DNA from: Camelus dromedarius
Taxonomy: Eukaryota
Length of the DNA stretch: 64,000 nucleotides
Direction of reading: 5' to 3'
Assembly: GCF_036321535.1 (NCBI RefSeq)
Contig: NC_087437.1
Location: 120,778,001-120,842,000 of the forward strand
Below the pieces are notes generated by a model that was not told the DNA's origin, ran no database searches, and saw only the letters and a program-made list of their open reading frames with translations. Both the position numbers and the translations under genes were made by a program. This document shows, piece after piece, positions 1-13,800 of the stretch; positions within the stretch are counted from its first letter, which is position 1; each line of letters opens with the position of its first letter.

Positions 1-1250
1 GTGGGTGAGAGAAGCCAGTTAGTGAGGCCCGAAGCAGTTTATTTGTAGTGAAATACTTGCCTTTAAAGAGCGCCACCCCCCGCGCTGCTGAACTCTTTTC
101 CTGCCCGTAGGCTTAGGCACACTTAGTGAGGCCAGCGAGCTTCTGTGCCTGTCCGGTCTGGGGGCTCTCAGCTTTTTTATTTCAGTGACCTCTTTACCCA
201 GAAGAATATACAAAGCGTTACACACGGAACGTGCACACGGAGTGTCTTGTGCCATTTCGCAGGACTCACAGGCAGCCCCGCCCCGTTCCCCGGCTGAGAA
301 CTGCGCGAAGGGTCTCATGCCACTGTGCAGACGGGGACAGTGGGTCTGGAAGTGGTTAGACGGCCTACCAGTACCACGGCCGTCCCTGAGCCGGGTCGCC
401 CTGCCGCCCTCCACTCCTGGCTGCCAGCGGCAGCCACGGGAGGCCCAGTGTGAGCAGCGGTAGGGAGGGTCTGCACAGTTTAGGAACTCCTGCTGTGTGT
501 TCCCTGGGCAGCTAAGTAACAGGCTCGACTGAGGAGACGTAAACGCTTCTGAAAACCCAAGTGAGGAGAAATTACTTTAATGGCTAAAAATGAGGTGTCT
601 TGCGTGGCCGAGTCAAAAGATGGGGAACCTGGCTTTCTATCGAGTTGTTTCTCTTCCTCGGACATGGGGAGGAGCAGCGTTTTCCAGCCGGCAGATCTCG
701 ATCACCTGCTTTAGCTGCCCCGCTCCCTCCGTGCTAACTGGGGAGGGCGCGGGTCTCATTAACAGGGCAAGGCTCCTGTGTTCGGGGGTGCCCAGAGATT
801 TCACTGTTCACACTGGGCACTTTCAAATTGACCCCAGGGGGGTGTCGTAGGAAGGACGCAGCTTGGGGCAGGCGTGGGAAACCATGGGGGGTGGCGTGGA
901 GCCGGTCTCTTTAGTGCCGGGCCCAGCTCCTCACAAATTTGAGGATTCAAGAACCTTTTTCAGATTTTTTTTTCTTGCCTTAGAAAGTTGACTAGCAGTG
1001 GGGCTGCCAGGCTGCAGAGAGGAGAGGAGAGGACGCGGTGAGAGGCCGGGCTCTCCGGGCAAGGAGGGAGCCCCCCGGCATCCGGAAGCTGGGCGGGAGG
1101 AGCCGTGGCCCCGCGACACACCGCTCCTGGGCAGGCGGCGTGAAGCCAGGAGAGTGGACGTGGGAGGCCGGCTAGGGGCAGCCTGTGTGGTGCGGGAGTG
1201 GTGATGCCTTTTCCTCCGGGGTCCCTGCCGCCGTTGCTCCTCTCATTCCG

Positions 1251-1292
1251 TGCGGTGGGCACAGTGCGGTGGGCACAGTGCGGTGGCCACAG
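1251..1292. repeat. 14-bp tandem repeat x3 (TGCGGTGGGCACAG)
   Basis: Units at 1251, 1265 and 1279 (third unit has one mismatch). Confidence 0.9.
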
Positions 1293-2094
1293 GGAAGACG
1301 CATGCTTTCCCGCTCGCCCACTGCCCAGCGCGGCCCGTGTCCCGAGTTCTGTAGAAGTAGCTGGAATGGGTCAGCCTTTGGGCTAGAAAGAGAACCTCCG
1401 GGGAGGTGATGGGCCCCGGGGCCCGGGATGCCCGGAGATGCCCGTGGCTGCTGGGGGGGCGGCGGGCTGGGTCTAGGCGCTCGTCCTCCGGCGTGGCTGG
1501 AGATGAGCCGTGTGCTCTGTGCCCCTCGCGTCAGGGTGCTACTTCCCCGCGCCTCCCTTTGCTGAGTGACGTGGTCCTTATCATCACTGTCTCCCCGAGT
1601 GGAGGGCTCCCCACTCGCCACACTGTGGAGCTTTCATTTTAGTGGACCAAGTAGACCAAGTCAGAATCCCCAGGTAGATGTGGCTTCAGTGGCAGGTGCA
1701 GAGGGAATGCGTTTCAGGCAGAGAAAAGTAACTTGTATTTAAAGAGCTCTAGAGGAACTTAGTCCTGCTAGAACTTAGGTGGAAAGGGAGGACTTGGACA
1801 GAGGCTACTGGAAGCCAGATTCTGAAGGGAGATTGTGAAAGTGTCATCTTGAAAGTTGGATTTTGTTCTGTAGCTAGTAGGGAGCCATCGCTGGCTTTGC
1901 AGGTGGGGTGCCATGAAAGGCGTGAGGACCTGGGGGGTGGGGGGCAGAGAGAAGCAAAGACTTGGACGGAGGCCCAGGGAAGAGGGAGAGACTTCTGCCA
2001 TAATCTAGGGAGAAGGGTGAGGTCCGAACTAAGGTGGTTGGGGTAGATTCTGAATAAACAGTAAAAAAAAATTTACTCAAGGAATAAATGGTTC

Positions 2095-3112
2095 TGAGTC
2101 AACTGAATATCTGTCTCACACCATACACAATGAACTCCAGGTGGAGTTTTAGTCTAAATATGAAAGGCAAAACAGGAAAGCTTCTGAAAGCTAATATGGG
2201 AGAATATCTTCATGACCTTGGGGTTAGCAGGTGCGCCTTAGACAGGACTGAAAAGCGCTAACCGGGAAGGCAGGGCAGGAGAGGCTGGGCTGTGGGGAAA
2301 CCCAAGCGCCCCTTCGTCAGTAGATGCGGCAGAGTGGGTGGGAGGGCAGCCCGGGTGGGAGAGAGGGCCCGCAGGCTGTGGAGTCGAGAGGCCTCCACCC
2401 AGAATATGTCAACAAGTCCTGCAGACCAGCTTAAAAGACTGACGCATCGGTGGAAAACAGACAGAAGAAGGTATCCAGGTGGGCAGGAAGCGTGTGCAGG
2501 GCGCTCAGCCTCGTTGACCCTAGTGAGACGCAGGCTGAAACCACGGTGACGTGCCAGCACCCCCGCCCGGAGTGGCCAGCAGGGAAAGGCCTGACAAGGG
2601 TCAGTGAGCTGGTGGAGGAACCGGAGCGCCTTTCTCGAGGCGAGTGGGGTTGAGCCAAATGTGTGCATGCCCTGTGAGCCGGCAGTTTCACCCCAAGTCA
2701 CAGAAACACAGGTGTGCCTGGAGACAGCGCAGAGGCGCTCGTGGCAGCATTGTTCATGATCACTAGAAACTGGAAATAACCCAAATGTCCATCACGTGCA
2801 AGGGGAGCAGTGGCCGCGGCTGTTCAGGCAGCAGACGAGCACCCAGCAGTGGCAGCAGCGCACTTGTGGTGGGCGAGTCTTCCAAATGTAAAGTTCTGGC
2901 ACCAAAGGACCCTGCATTTTGTTTCGTGTGTGCAGAGTTCAAGATTAAGCAGAAGTGGTCTGTTGGGAGGCGTCTGGCCGGTGGTGGCTCCATGCAGGGG
3001 ACGGCGGCTGGCAGGGAGCTGGGGGGCGACTGCACCTGTGACCAGCGAGGGGGGCCACTTTGGGGTTCACTTAGGATGCAGGTTTTTTAGCATTTGTGTT
3101 ACGTAAAAAAAG
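2095..3112 (+). mobile_element. Ancient L1 (L1M-type) ORF2 end/3'UTR fragment, heavily decayed
   Basis: Recognisable L1 text (tctcacaccatacaca..., gaatatcttcatgaccttgggg, gcagcattgttcatgat...aaactggaaataacccaaatgtccatca); boundaries approximate. Confidence 0.6.
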
Positions 3113-4706
3113 TAGGTTTCACAAAAGAGAATGATAAGAATGCCTTTAATTTTAGGCTTAGAAAACAGTAAAACAGCTTTGCTGTTACTGGTAATGCTGG
3201 TATCAGAAGAGGAGGAGGCTTTAAGAAGACTGAAGAATACCTACTAAGAAATTAGTTTTTAAAGTGTATTGCTCACAAAAGAGGTGATCAGGCGACCCAG
3301 AAGTCTGGAAAGGTGCTCAGTCGGCATCCTTCTCATCAGGGCGTGTGAGTCGTCCAGAGACGCTGAGGGCACCGCCGGTGCCGAACGGGGCGGCGGAGCT
3401 GCGAGCTCTTCTGGTGCTTGGCCCGCGGTGGGCAGTGGCTTCTCTCTGTCAGGTTTGGGTGGCTTTCAGAGGGACGTGCGCCGCCACTGTCTACAGACGG
3501 GTGGCTCCTGGGTGAGACCACGTGGGCTGCTTGGCAGCCTCGTGTGTTTGTTGCGGTGTTTGCTTCCTCCGGGGCTGCATGCCAGGCGGTGCCCGCCCTG
3601 GTGTGACTGGCGGAGGGACGTGCTCCGACCGGGGCCCCGGGCTGCAGCCTTCCCACCAGCTCCTGTGCCTCCCTTCGAGTGCGGCCCATTGTCCGGGCAA
3701 GAAAGTTGTACCACTTTCTGAAAGTAGCTTCTGATCACATACGTTTTTTTTTTTTATACTGAGTTTTCTTCTCAAAGGACCTAAGTAGTTTATCTCATTT
3801 TTCAAAGACTGGCCAGTTCAGCGTTTATAGGGACATTTCATGGCATTCTCTGGTTCTTTACATTTGGTTCCAGGTCCTTTTATCTGTGCTCAGGGTGTGC
3901 TGTTGAGGGAGTCCTTACATAAGTCCATCTCGTCGGCATCAGGTAGCTTCTCACTTGTCGCCAGCTACAGCATCACCACTGTGTCCCCGTTTGGAATAGT
4001 ACCAATGACCATAATCTCACCAAAACTGGGGTACAGTGTGGGGTACCTCATGATATCAGTGCCACCAGGGAGACAGGCAGCACTGCCAGCTAGAAGCGTT
4101 CAGGTGCCATTGGCTGTGAGACACAGTCCTGTGTCGGAGACGCTGAGACGTGGGGGGGCCCGTCTTAGAGCCGGGCCTGTGGGGCTGGTGCTTTTGAGTT
4201 TCTGCCAATACGACACTTACTCTATCACGTCTCTGAGCAACGGGAGCTCTCTTTTACACACATAATTACACCTAAGAATTAATGGTAATTCTTAAATATC
4301 ATCTACTATCTACTTACTATTCAGATTTCTAGTGTTGAACATGCCCCTTCTGACATGTGACCCAGCGGCCACCCGAGATCTTAGCTCCGCCTTCACCTTA
4401 CGTGCCCCTAACCTGAGAGGTGGTCGGTTTTCGACCTTAAGAGTGAGGGATGTTAGTCAGCCTTTTTGTAGGCTTCTTTTCTTAACAAGCGTTTAAAATC
4501 TATCGTTGAAAGTGACACCGGTGCCGAGTCAACGTGGTCATCAGGAGCATGACCCAGACAGCACGTCTGGGCATGGGGCGTCCCCCCCCCCCCCCCCCCG
4601 CCCGGCGCTCTCCCAGGGCTGGGGCTGCTGCTGGACGGGGCAGACGAGGGCGCGCGGGCTCGGGCCCTTTCCCCGAGCGCTGTCCTCACGCCCGCGCTGC
4701 CCCCAG

Positions 4707-4853
4707 GTCTCCGTCCCGCCCGGCGCTCTGGACTGCTGGGTGTTTCTGAGCTGTCTGGAGGTGCTGCAGAGGATCGAAGGTTGCTGTGACCGGGTGCAGA
4801 TAGACTCCAACATTGCCCACACCGTGGGTTTGTGGAGCTACGCCACCGAGAAG
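4707..4853 (+). CDS. TRAPPC10: TRAPPC10 exon (~8)
   Basis: cag|GTCTCC...GAGAAG|gtaact; [11 protein letters not shown]...WSYATEK. Confidence 0.95.
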
Positions 4854-7800
4854 GTAACTGCCGGCGTGCAGACGTGAGCTGTGTCCCTGGGCTGTGCCTC
4901 CGGGGCGGGGTGAGCTGTGGGGAGCGTGCTGGTCACTTAGCCTCGGGCGGGTCTAGTTGCTTTAGGGCGTGTCTGGCAGCAGCTGGACCAAGTGGTTCCC
5001 CGTGAGTGTCACTGGATTCAGCCGGGGTCAGTGCTGTGCTTGTGCCGAAGGCAGGACTCAGGAACGGGGTGGGGGCCACCACAGGGCGAAGTGTGAAGCC
5101 TCCTGTAGCGTGGAGTGGCCTCTGCTTAATCAGGTGGTGGCTGCCCCACGTGCCGCAGGAAGGCCTGCTGGGGGGGTCGCGTGGGGCAGGCAGCGTGGGA
5201 GACCCTGGGGAGGGGGTTGTGTGGGGCAAGCGGTGTGGGAGACCCTGAAAGCCTGGGGGTAGGCGTGGGCTGGGAGCGGCCACCTCAGGGTGACTCAGAG
5301 TTACCGTGCTTAGGAGGTTTGAGTGTGAAGCAGCCCCAGTGAGGTGCATTTTTGTATTCAAGTGAGAGTTATGTGGGTAGGAAAGCGACATTTCTTCCAG
5401 GATTTAGTTTGGATTTTATTTTTGCATTGCAATTTATAAATCCTCTGCTGACTCTTAGGGCAAAGTCAGTGAACGTTTGTGTTTATCTCAACAGCTGAAG
5501 TCCTTGGGCTACCTGTGTGGGCTTGTGTCTGAGAAGGGCCCTAACTCAGAAGACCTCAACAGGACAGTTGACCTTTTGGCGGGCTTGGGAGCCGAGCGAC
5601 CAGAAACAGGTACCTTCTGGGATGTTCCTGTGCACGCGGTGGAAAGTACTGAGAACGTCGGCTGTAACTGGGCGTGTATGACTTAGGTTCTGGCAAGGTA
5701 GCTACTCACCGCTTGGGAAATCGTACTCATTGTTAGCTGGCCAGATTAATGCATGGAGTATTTTACCTTTTAGTAACATAAAGAAATGTTAGAAATAGTT
5801 TAAGAAATTGGAGGGACTCTTAAAAACGTGCCTGAGTTTCCCACAGGCTTAAGTGAGCTCCCTGTGACTTTTCACAGCCCACGTGAGGTTTAAACGCACC
5901 AGTCTCCCTCTGAACTACAGGTGATGTATTTTTTTTAACTATATGGCCAGACAGATCCTTTTATTCAGTAAATTACTCCTAGGTAATAAAGCACTTGAGC
6001 ATGACTAATTTTTCTTGGTACGAACATAGAGACGAGTGTGGTTTAGCAAAGCTGCTGCTTAAGTACAGAAATCCTAGTGACCTGAAAGGACTCCTACTGA
6101 ATTGAGTAGGTTTGTTAGGGAAAATGTGTTACATGTGTATTAATTATACTGTTTCAGCTTGGGATCGCTTCACATCACTTTGGAAGTAATTCAGTTCTTT
6201 GGAGGATTTGTAATACATACTTAAAAAAATTCTAGTCTCAAAGATAAAAGTATTACGTGAAGGGTTGAGACTATTTTGTGAATATATTACCTGGACACGG
6301 ATGTGAGTGGTGACACAGCTCCAGCTGGCATGGGTGTCTGTGATCTCCACAAGCATCAGGTGGAGTCCTCTACCTGTGGCATTTGGGGCTGAATGTAAAA
6401 CACACATGATGGGCATGATGGTGCTGAAACAGGACTCATTTCTTTCTCTTTAAGCCAACACAGCTCAGAGTCCTTATAAGAAACTCAAAGAAGCATTGTC
6501 ATCAGTAGAAGCTTTTGAAAAACACTACTTAGTAAGTATTACAGATGTTCCCTGCCCACCCGTGGCAGACAGCCCGTCTCCCTGAGACTTTGCTGGTACA
6601 TGAGCTTTTGAATTGGTAATAAGCTGGTGTTTGGGAACCCCCTCTTGTTGGCCTTATAAGTTTCTTTGGTACCCTAGGGAGTTGCGGATGAAATCTGTAA
6701 TTAGCAGTTTCATTAGATCAGACCAGAAAGGATCGTTGCTTCTTAGTATCCATGGTACCGTAATTAGGCATAAAGCATCTCTGGATGTTCATGATCTTGT
6801 TCACAGTGGTACTGCTATTCAGTAGAACGGAAATTGTAAGAAAGGACAGTGAATGGTTTTCTGTGTGCAGAGGAATAATCTGAACCTGAGCAGAGCTGTT
6901 GTGCCTGGTTTCAAAGGACTTGAATTTGGGAGAGCTTAGAGAGCAGTGCAGTGGAGGCGCGGCGAACCATTTGCTTTCTCAAGTCATGGAAAACTCAAGA
7001 GCATCTGACAGTAGTCTGTAATTTTATCTCTGTTATCCACAATGTGAGAAAAATATCAAAATGTTACCCACGTACGGAAAATACTTTGAAAAAAGTGAAT
7101 ATTCTGTGCTGCTGAGTTCATATTTCTTTTATTATCATGCTTCATAATTTATATACAAGTTAATGACTTTGTATAAATCACTATCACATAAAAACTCAAT
7201 GCAAAAATAGATGCAAAGTAAAATATTAGTGACAAAGTCTTTTGCTTTAGCTTTGGGTAAATAAATGTAAGTTTTGTCTAGCATTAAAATTCCAGAATTA
7301 CTTGCTTTTTCTTTCCCACAGGACTTGTCCCATGCTACCATTGAAATGTATACGAGCATCGGGAGGATTCGATCTGCTAAGTTCGTTGGAAAGGATCTGG
7401 CAGAGTTTTACATGTAATTGAATTTGAACTTTAACTTGAATTTCAGACATTTCACATGTATGGTGAGAGGTTTTCTATGTGGGAGGAAACACGAAGTGTA
7501 CGTAACTTTTAAAATGAAAAATGTAAACTGTTCACCAGTCATCATCATTTTCAAAGAAAATTTCTTTTGAAAGCCAGAGAGTTCAGCTTATTACCCTGAA
7601 TAGTTGTTACTGATCTGCTTCTTTTATTAACTTAGTGAACTTACATAATCTCATATATGTAGGTAAGATATATATAATATTATCTGCAGTAAAATGTAGT
7701 GTTATTATGAAATCTAAAGAGCTGTGAGACAACACGTATGAATCCACACCCAATGGCAAGTCATGTGTGTCATGGATTCTCACGTGTTGCTCTGTAGCAG

Positions 7801-10800
7801 TCTGTCTGGTTTCTGTCACACGCCTCCCAGGAGGATGGACAGCCTCGAGGTCAGTGATGGGAAGCACGTGTGTGACCAGGCGAGCGCCAGGGCTGAGCTG
7901 TGACTGACGGGCAGCCACTGGGTCCAGGCACTGTGAACATTTCCAGTCTGGCTCCCGCTTTACAGTTGGGTTCCAGAGAAGAGACTCAGAGCGTGGCCTG
8001 TTTCTCATGTGTTTGATGAAATCAGCCTGTCAAAGAGCAGAATCTGGCTGGCAGTGTAACTGCTGTTTCAAAGCACTGGGAAGGGAGAGAAATTGTGAGG
8101 GAGAGATGTTTAGGTTTTCTTAGAAGAAACGTGTGTCTATAATTAGTAAAGTAATTTCACTAGATGGAGCAAGGAAGAATCATTTATTTTAAATGATCGA
8201 GGGGCCTGTGAAGAGGTAGGTCCTCTAAGTGACCGTCCTCGTTTTCTAGATGTGGTTGGAGCAGGTAGCCAGCCACACAGCTAATCAATGTCGGGGCTGG
8301 AGCCGGGCTCTCCTGAGCCCCCACCAGGTGCAGCTGAGGAGCGGTTATTAGCTAACAGAGCAAAGAAGCCACACCCTCAGGTGCTGGGAGTTGAGCCCAC
8401 CCGAGGCTTGGACTGTGCTGCGAGGGCACTGGCCTGCTAGGGAGACCTGGGCCCTGGTTCCAGCCTGACCACAGACGGGCTGGGTGCCCCTCGGCCTGTG
8501 CCTCCAGGGGCTGGATGACAGAGGGTCTCCCTTCCAGCTCTGGAACATAAGAGTCTTTGGCTAGAGATGGTAACCAAAGAGGCAGTGACCCTTTTAAAGA
8601 TAGGGGTGGGAGAGGGCCGTGGAAGTCTAGAAAAATCCATGCATGTAATTTGATAGGTTTGAAGTGCATTTGAGAATGTGGGAACGCTCGTTCCTTCCAG
8701 AGTAAGGTCATGAAGACTGGCTGTTTCCCGGGACGCCTGGCGAGCGAGGGCTGCTTAGTGTTGACCTCTGTAGCCCCGCGCCTGTTGGCCCTGGAAGTTT
8801 CTTTGGTACTTTTGGGAAAGGCCAGGGGATCCGTATTGTTGCTGAAGCTTTGGAAAGTGCTCATTAACTGTGTTAAACTTTGTTTTATCCTGAACATCTT
8901 CAGGGTGTAAATTGGGACAGGGAAGATCTTTTGGGTGGTATGTGTTGCTGTTTAAATTCTTCATGGTTCTCTGTAAATAAACCTGCTCAGTGCTATTTGT
9001 GGGTCTCGGAGGCAACCCTGACTCATGTCTCAGTGGGTCCACACAAGCTGCCCTGTGTCTCCTTGTGTGGGGCGTGGCACCGAGCCCCGAGTCCGTGGCT
9101 CCCTCCATAACTAGTTGTGCACCTGTGGACAAACTCTTCGCCTTCTTTTACGCTGGGTGTTCCTGAGTCAGCGTGAAATAGTGAGCGGTGCCCTCACTTT
9201 CTTGTCTGAAGGCTCAGATCCGAAAGCTCTCTGACTGACGTGTGATGCTGGGCAGACGGCGTGCGGGCCCGCACCCTGAGCGCACTTCCCAGACCGCGCC
9301 ATGTGTCCTGCTTTCACGTTCTGTCCCGTACAGGGGACTGCTCACCTGTGTCTGCGCGGGCTGTGAAGGGCGGAGGAGGGCGAGGCACGGAGGGCTGTGT
9401 CTGAGTCTGGCGCTTTTTATGACTCATAATGAAAGCTTCTGTGTGTTGATTTGCAAGGAGGAAGAAGTCCCCACAAAAGGCAGAAGTCTATCTTCAGGGA
9501 GCGCTGAAGAATTACCTGGCTGAGGGCTGGGCCCTGCCTGTCACGCACACAAGGAAGCAGCTAGCCGAATGTCAAAAGCGCCTCGGACAAATTGAGAAGT
9601 ATCCTTTAAGTTGAACACGGTCGTGAAATGGGAAAGTCACTTTCCGTTTGCACGGTGGCAGTGCCCACGGCCGAGTGCTTGCTTGATAAGTACCTGATAG
9701 TTAGGAGAGAAAAGCTGCCTTGACGCACGGGCCTTGCTGGGTAGCAGATGACGCCCCGTCATTAGGTCTGACCTCGTAACCTAGAGCAGGGCCGCCTGGC
9801 AGGCCGCGCCGGGGCGGTGGGGGCTGCGCGCGGCTCCCGCAGCGTGGGGTCCTCTCAGGCCCCTTGACTGTCCGCTCAGCTACCTGCAGACCAGCAGCCT
9901 CTTAGCCAGCGACTGTCACCTGACCGAGGAGGAGCGGGAGTCCTTCTGCAGGGAGATACTCAGCTTTGCCGGCCAGCAGACGGACAGCCCAGGTGAGGCG
10001 CAGGTTCACAACTGTCGTGTGAGACATTTCACATTTTGTGGATAAGTAGAAAGAGTAACGCAACGTGTATGTGACGTGTGCTGGCCACCTAGGCTCGGCA
10101 GTTGTTGACGTTCCGCTGTGTAGGGAACGGGCGTTGGGTACTCCTTTCTTCTTATTTTCTCCTTTTTGCCGGACGTCAGAGCCACTCCAGACCTCGTGTA
10201 CCTCTTCACCCTGAGGCAGTTTAGCATCTTCTGAAAACAAGGGCGGTCCCCCAGCCACCCTGCCCAGGGAGCAGACAAGGTCCTGACTTGGGCACCAAGC
10301 GGCCCCCCTTCCAGTCTCCCTCATTGTCTCAAAACATGTTTTCATGCTTTGTTTTGTGTTAGAATGGCCGGCCTCTCCCCGCCTGACCAGGGTCACGCAC
10401 CGCATGGATTACATCTCAGCTCTCCTCTAACGCGGAGCGCCTCTTCCCTGTCTCCTTTTCTCCCTTTTCTCAAGGCTCTGACCTTTTTAAACATAACAGC
10501 TTTATTGAGAGGGAATTCACATTTCCTGTAATTCACCTGTTTGCAGGGCACAGTTCAGTGGCTTTGGTGTATCACAGAGATGTGCGGCCGTCACCACAGT
10601 CGGTTTTAGAACATTTTTATCACCCCGAAAGAAACCCCATACTTACATCCACCCAGCTGCCTTCTGCCCTCCCCCCACCCCCCAGTCCCTGGGAACCACC
10701 GGTCTACTTTCTGTCTCTGTAGATGCCGGCTCTGGACATTTCATGTAAGTGGAATCACACAGTTTGTGGGTTTTGTGCCTGGCTTCCTTCGCGCAGCAGT

Positions 10801-13800
10801 GTTTTCGGGATCTGCCTGCGTAGTGGCTTGTGTCAGTATTCCGTCCCTTCTCGTGACTATTCTGCTGTGTGGCTGGGCCACACTGCTCCTTTCATCGGTG
10901 TGCGACATCTGGGCTGTAAGACGCCGACCTGTTAGAGACATCGAGCCAGTGTCTCCTAGGCTGTCCCAGCTTCTGAAGTTTGCTGAGTGTTTCCTTTTGG
11001 GGTGCCTGTCAGGAAGGCAGGTCTGAAGGGCAGAGCCCGGCCAGTCGTCGCAGCAGACACAGATGCTGCTGCACGGCGGGCGAGGTTCATCGCGATGCCG
11101 AGCCCCTCCTGTCTGCTTTATCAGGAGCGTTTGTTCAGAGCAGCTGCCGCCTCAGCTCCGGCCGCTGCGACCAAGCGCCACAGAGTGGGCGCTGGAAGAG
11201 CGGACGGCCCTCTCCTCACAGTTCTGGAGGCTGGCGTCTGAGGTCAGGGTGCCAGCAGGGCTGGCTCCTGGTGAGGCCTCTCTTCCTGGTTTGTCCTTCA
11301 TGACAAGGAGCGGGGAGGGGGGAGGGGATGGGAGGTGGGAGGAGAGGTGGAGAGACTTAGAGAGGGGGCTCTCTGCTGCCTCCTCGCAGGAGGGCAGGAG
11401 TCCCTCATGGCCTCCTCTAAACCTGACTGTCTCCCAGCGGCCCCACCTCCAAACTTAATAATATGGGAGGGGCACTTCAGTCCATAGAAGTTACTAACTG
11501 CTTGAAAGCCAGTGTTTCCAGAGGTGGTGGCTGCGGGTTGAGGATCAGAGACCACGGGGGTGCGCTTCATCATGTCGGGCCCCCTGGACGGCTTCTCAGG
11601 CAGCATGGCACTGACGAGTCTGTCATTTAGAGTCTGCTGTGCATAGACTGGCCATCGGGAGAGCCGTGTGCCACGTCAGCTGTGTGTGACATGGGTGTGA
11701 GCTGGGTCAGGGGCACTCTTCTGCCTACGGCCCGTGGCATCGCTGTGTGGATGCAGCATCCTGTGACCGTCCTCTGTCGGCTTGTGATGTCACAGTGTCC
11801 ATCTTGGCAGAGCATGCGGTTGAGGCGTGTTTATTTAGCAAATACTCCCGGTCAGCCCGGAGGCCTGTGGGCTCCTAGACGCGCCAGCGCTCGCAGAAAG
11901 GACAGTGGAGGGTGCGGCCAGGCCTCCCCGACAGTGACCGTGGGCCAGCGGCTCGCTGCCCTCCTGGCTCCCCGCTCCAGTGGCTGCCTTGATGGGGTGG
12001 CGCACCCTGGGTTTATGTCCAGGTGTACAGGGAGATTCGGGCCTCTCCACTTGTGAATTTCTTTGTGTGGGTGGGAATGTGGTGGGATTCCTTGGAACAG
12101 CTCTAGGAATCAGACTGTTTACAAATCTTGTTTTGAAACTGAGTTGTTAGTTGATCTGTAGTTGCCGGATCTGCTAAAAGAGAACTTAGAAACCTTAATT
12201 TCTTCAGATTTTATGATTTTTCAGGAGTTATGTAGGCATGTGTTTATGCTTTTGACACAGTGACTCTTCTCAGTGTGTGAAGATGGCATGGGGTTGGGAG
12301 GTGCTAAGCCATCTCTTGTGCACCATTGCGTCCTGCTTCTCAAGTGGAGGGTACGCCGGCCGGCCCGGCAGTGACTGAGGCCCCGCTGTCTCTGTGGCAT
12401 CTGGAAGTGTGACTTGGGAAGTAAAACATGGCCCTTTGTGTTCCCAGGTCACAAGATAGTACTGCCCCTGCATTCTTTTGCACACCTGAGAGACCTCCGC
12501 TTCACCCCACCCAACGCTGTGGTCCACGTGGGAGGCGTTCTGTCCGTGGAGATAACTGTGTGCAGTCAGATGCCTGTCCCCGTCCAGGTGGAGCAGATCG
12601 CCATCCATGTCCACTTCAGCATCGAGAAGAACAACTACCGGAAGACTGCTGAGTGGCTCACCAAGCACAGGGCGGCCGGCGGGCTGGTCAGCTTTCCCAC
12701 GGAGGCTGCGCCTTGCCCTGCACCGCAGAGCAGCCTGCCCGCGCTGGAGCTGTGTGAGATGTTTGAGAGAAGCCCTTCTGACAACTCCTTGAACACCACA
12801 GGGATTATATGCAAAAATGTTCACATGCTCCTGAGGAGGCAGGAGAGCGGGGCTGCTCTGGAAGCATCCACGGGCGTGGCCCTGGAGGACGGGGCCCATG
12901 TGCTGAAGTGCACCAGTGTGACCCTAGAACCAGGGGCCAATACCATAACCTTCCGGACGCAGGTAGGCGCTGAGCCGGCCGTTGGTTTTAGAGATGGTCA
13001 GGAAGTGGGTGGCGCTCGCACAGTTGTCTGAAGGAGGGGAGGTCCTTCAGAGGCCTCTGTCCCCTAACCAGGCTTTGATCTTCTGAAAGAAAAATAGATG
13101 GATGTCTTGAAAAATTTTTCGTACTAAAATCATTTGAAGGCAGCAGATAAATTTTGAATGAAGTTCTTAACAGAGAATTATTTGTGTTCTCATTGGATTT
13201 AGTTAGACTTTTTCCCTGTTACTAAAATACACCCTCAGTTGTTAAAATGAGGAGGTTTCAAAGAAGGTAGCTGTTTCACGGTGAACTTCACTTTCCTTTC
13301 GTGGCTGCGTGGATGGCGCTGCAGTGGCCTCTGCGCCGCTCTGATGCGCTCTTTCTCCAGTGCAGGCTGCTCTGTAAGTCCCTGTGACTGGAGAGGACTT
13401 GGCCGGCAGAAAGCGCAGCTATTTGCCACGTGTGTTTTCAGTTGATTCTTAAGTTTCATGCTGAGTGTCTCAATTAAGGACCCTTTTCAGAAGAGAATGC
13501 CACAAATAAAGTTTACTAAATTGAGTCAGATGTAAGCCGCAGTTCCGCAGAAGACCACTGACCGAGAGATCCTGAGGGGTCTGTGGGGCAGCCCGAGGGT
13601 GGACCTGGTAGCCCAGAGGCGGGAGAGGAGGGGGGAGGGCCGTCCTCGCAGAGGCTGTGGCTCTGCCCTCCCTTAATTGAGCCAGGACGCTCGGTCTCGC
13701 CCCCAGGCCAGGGAGCCCGGGACCTACACGCTGCGGCAGCTGTGCGCCTCGCTGGGCCCCGTGTGCTTCGTGCTCCCGCACATCCAGCCCCCGGTGCAGT

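Noticed and set aside
3840..4265. 141-aa ATG ORF in a TRAPPC10 intron
   Set aside because: Appears to overlap decayed repeat-like sequence, has no splice context and does not match TRAPPC10
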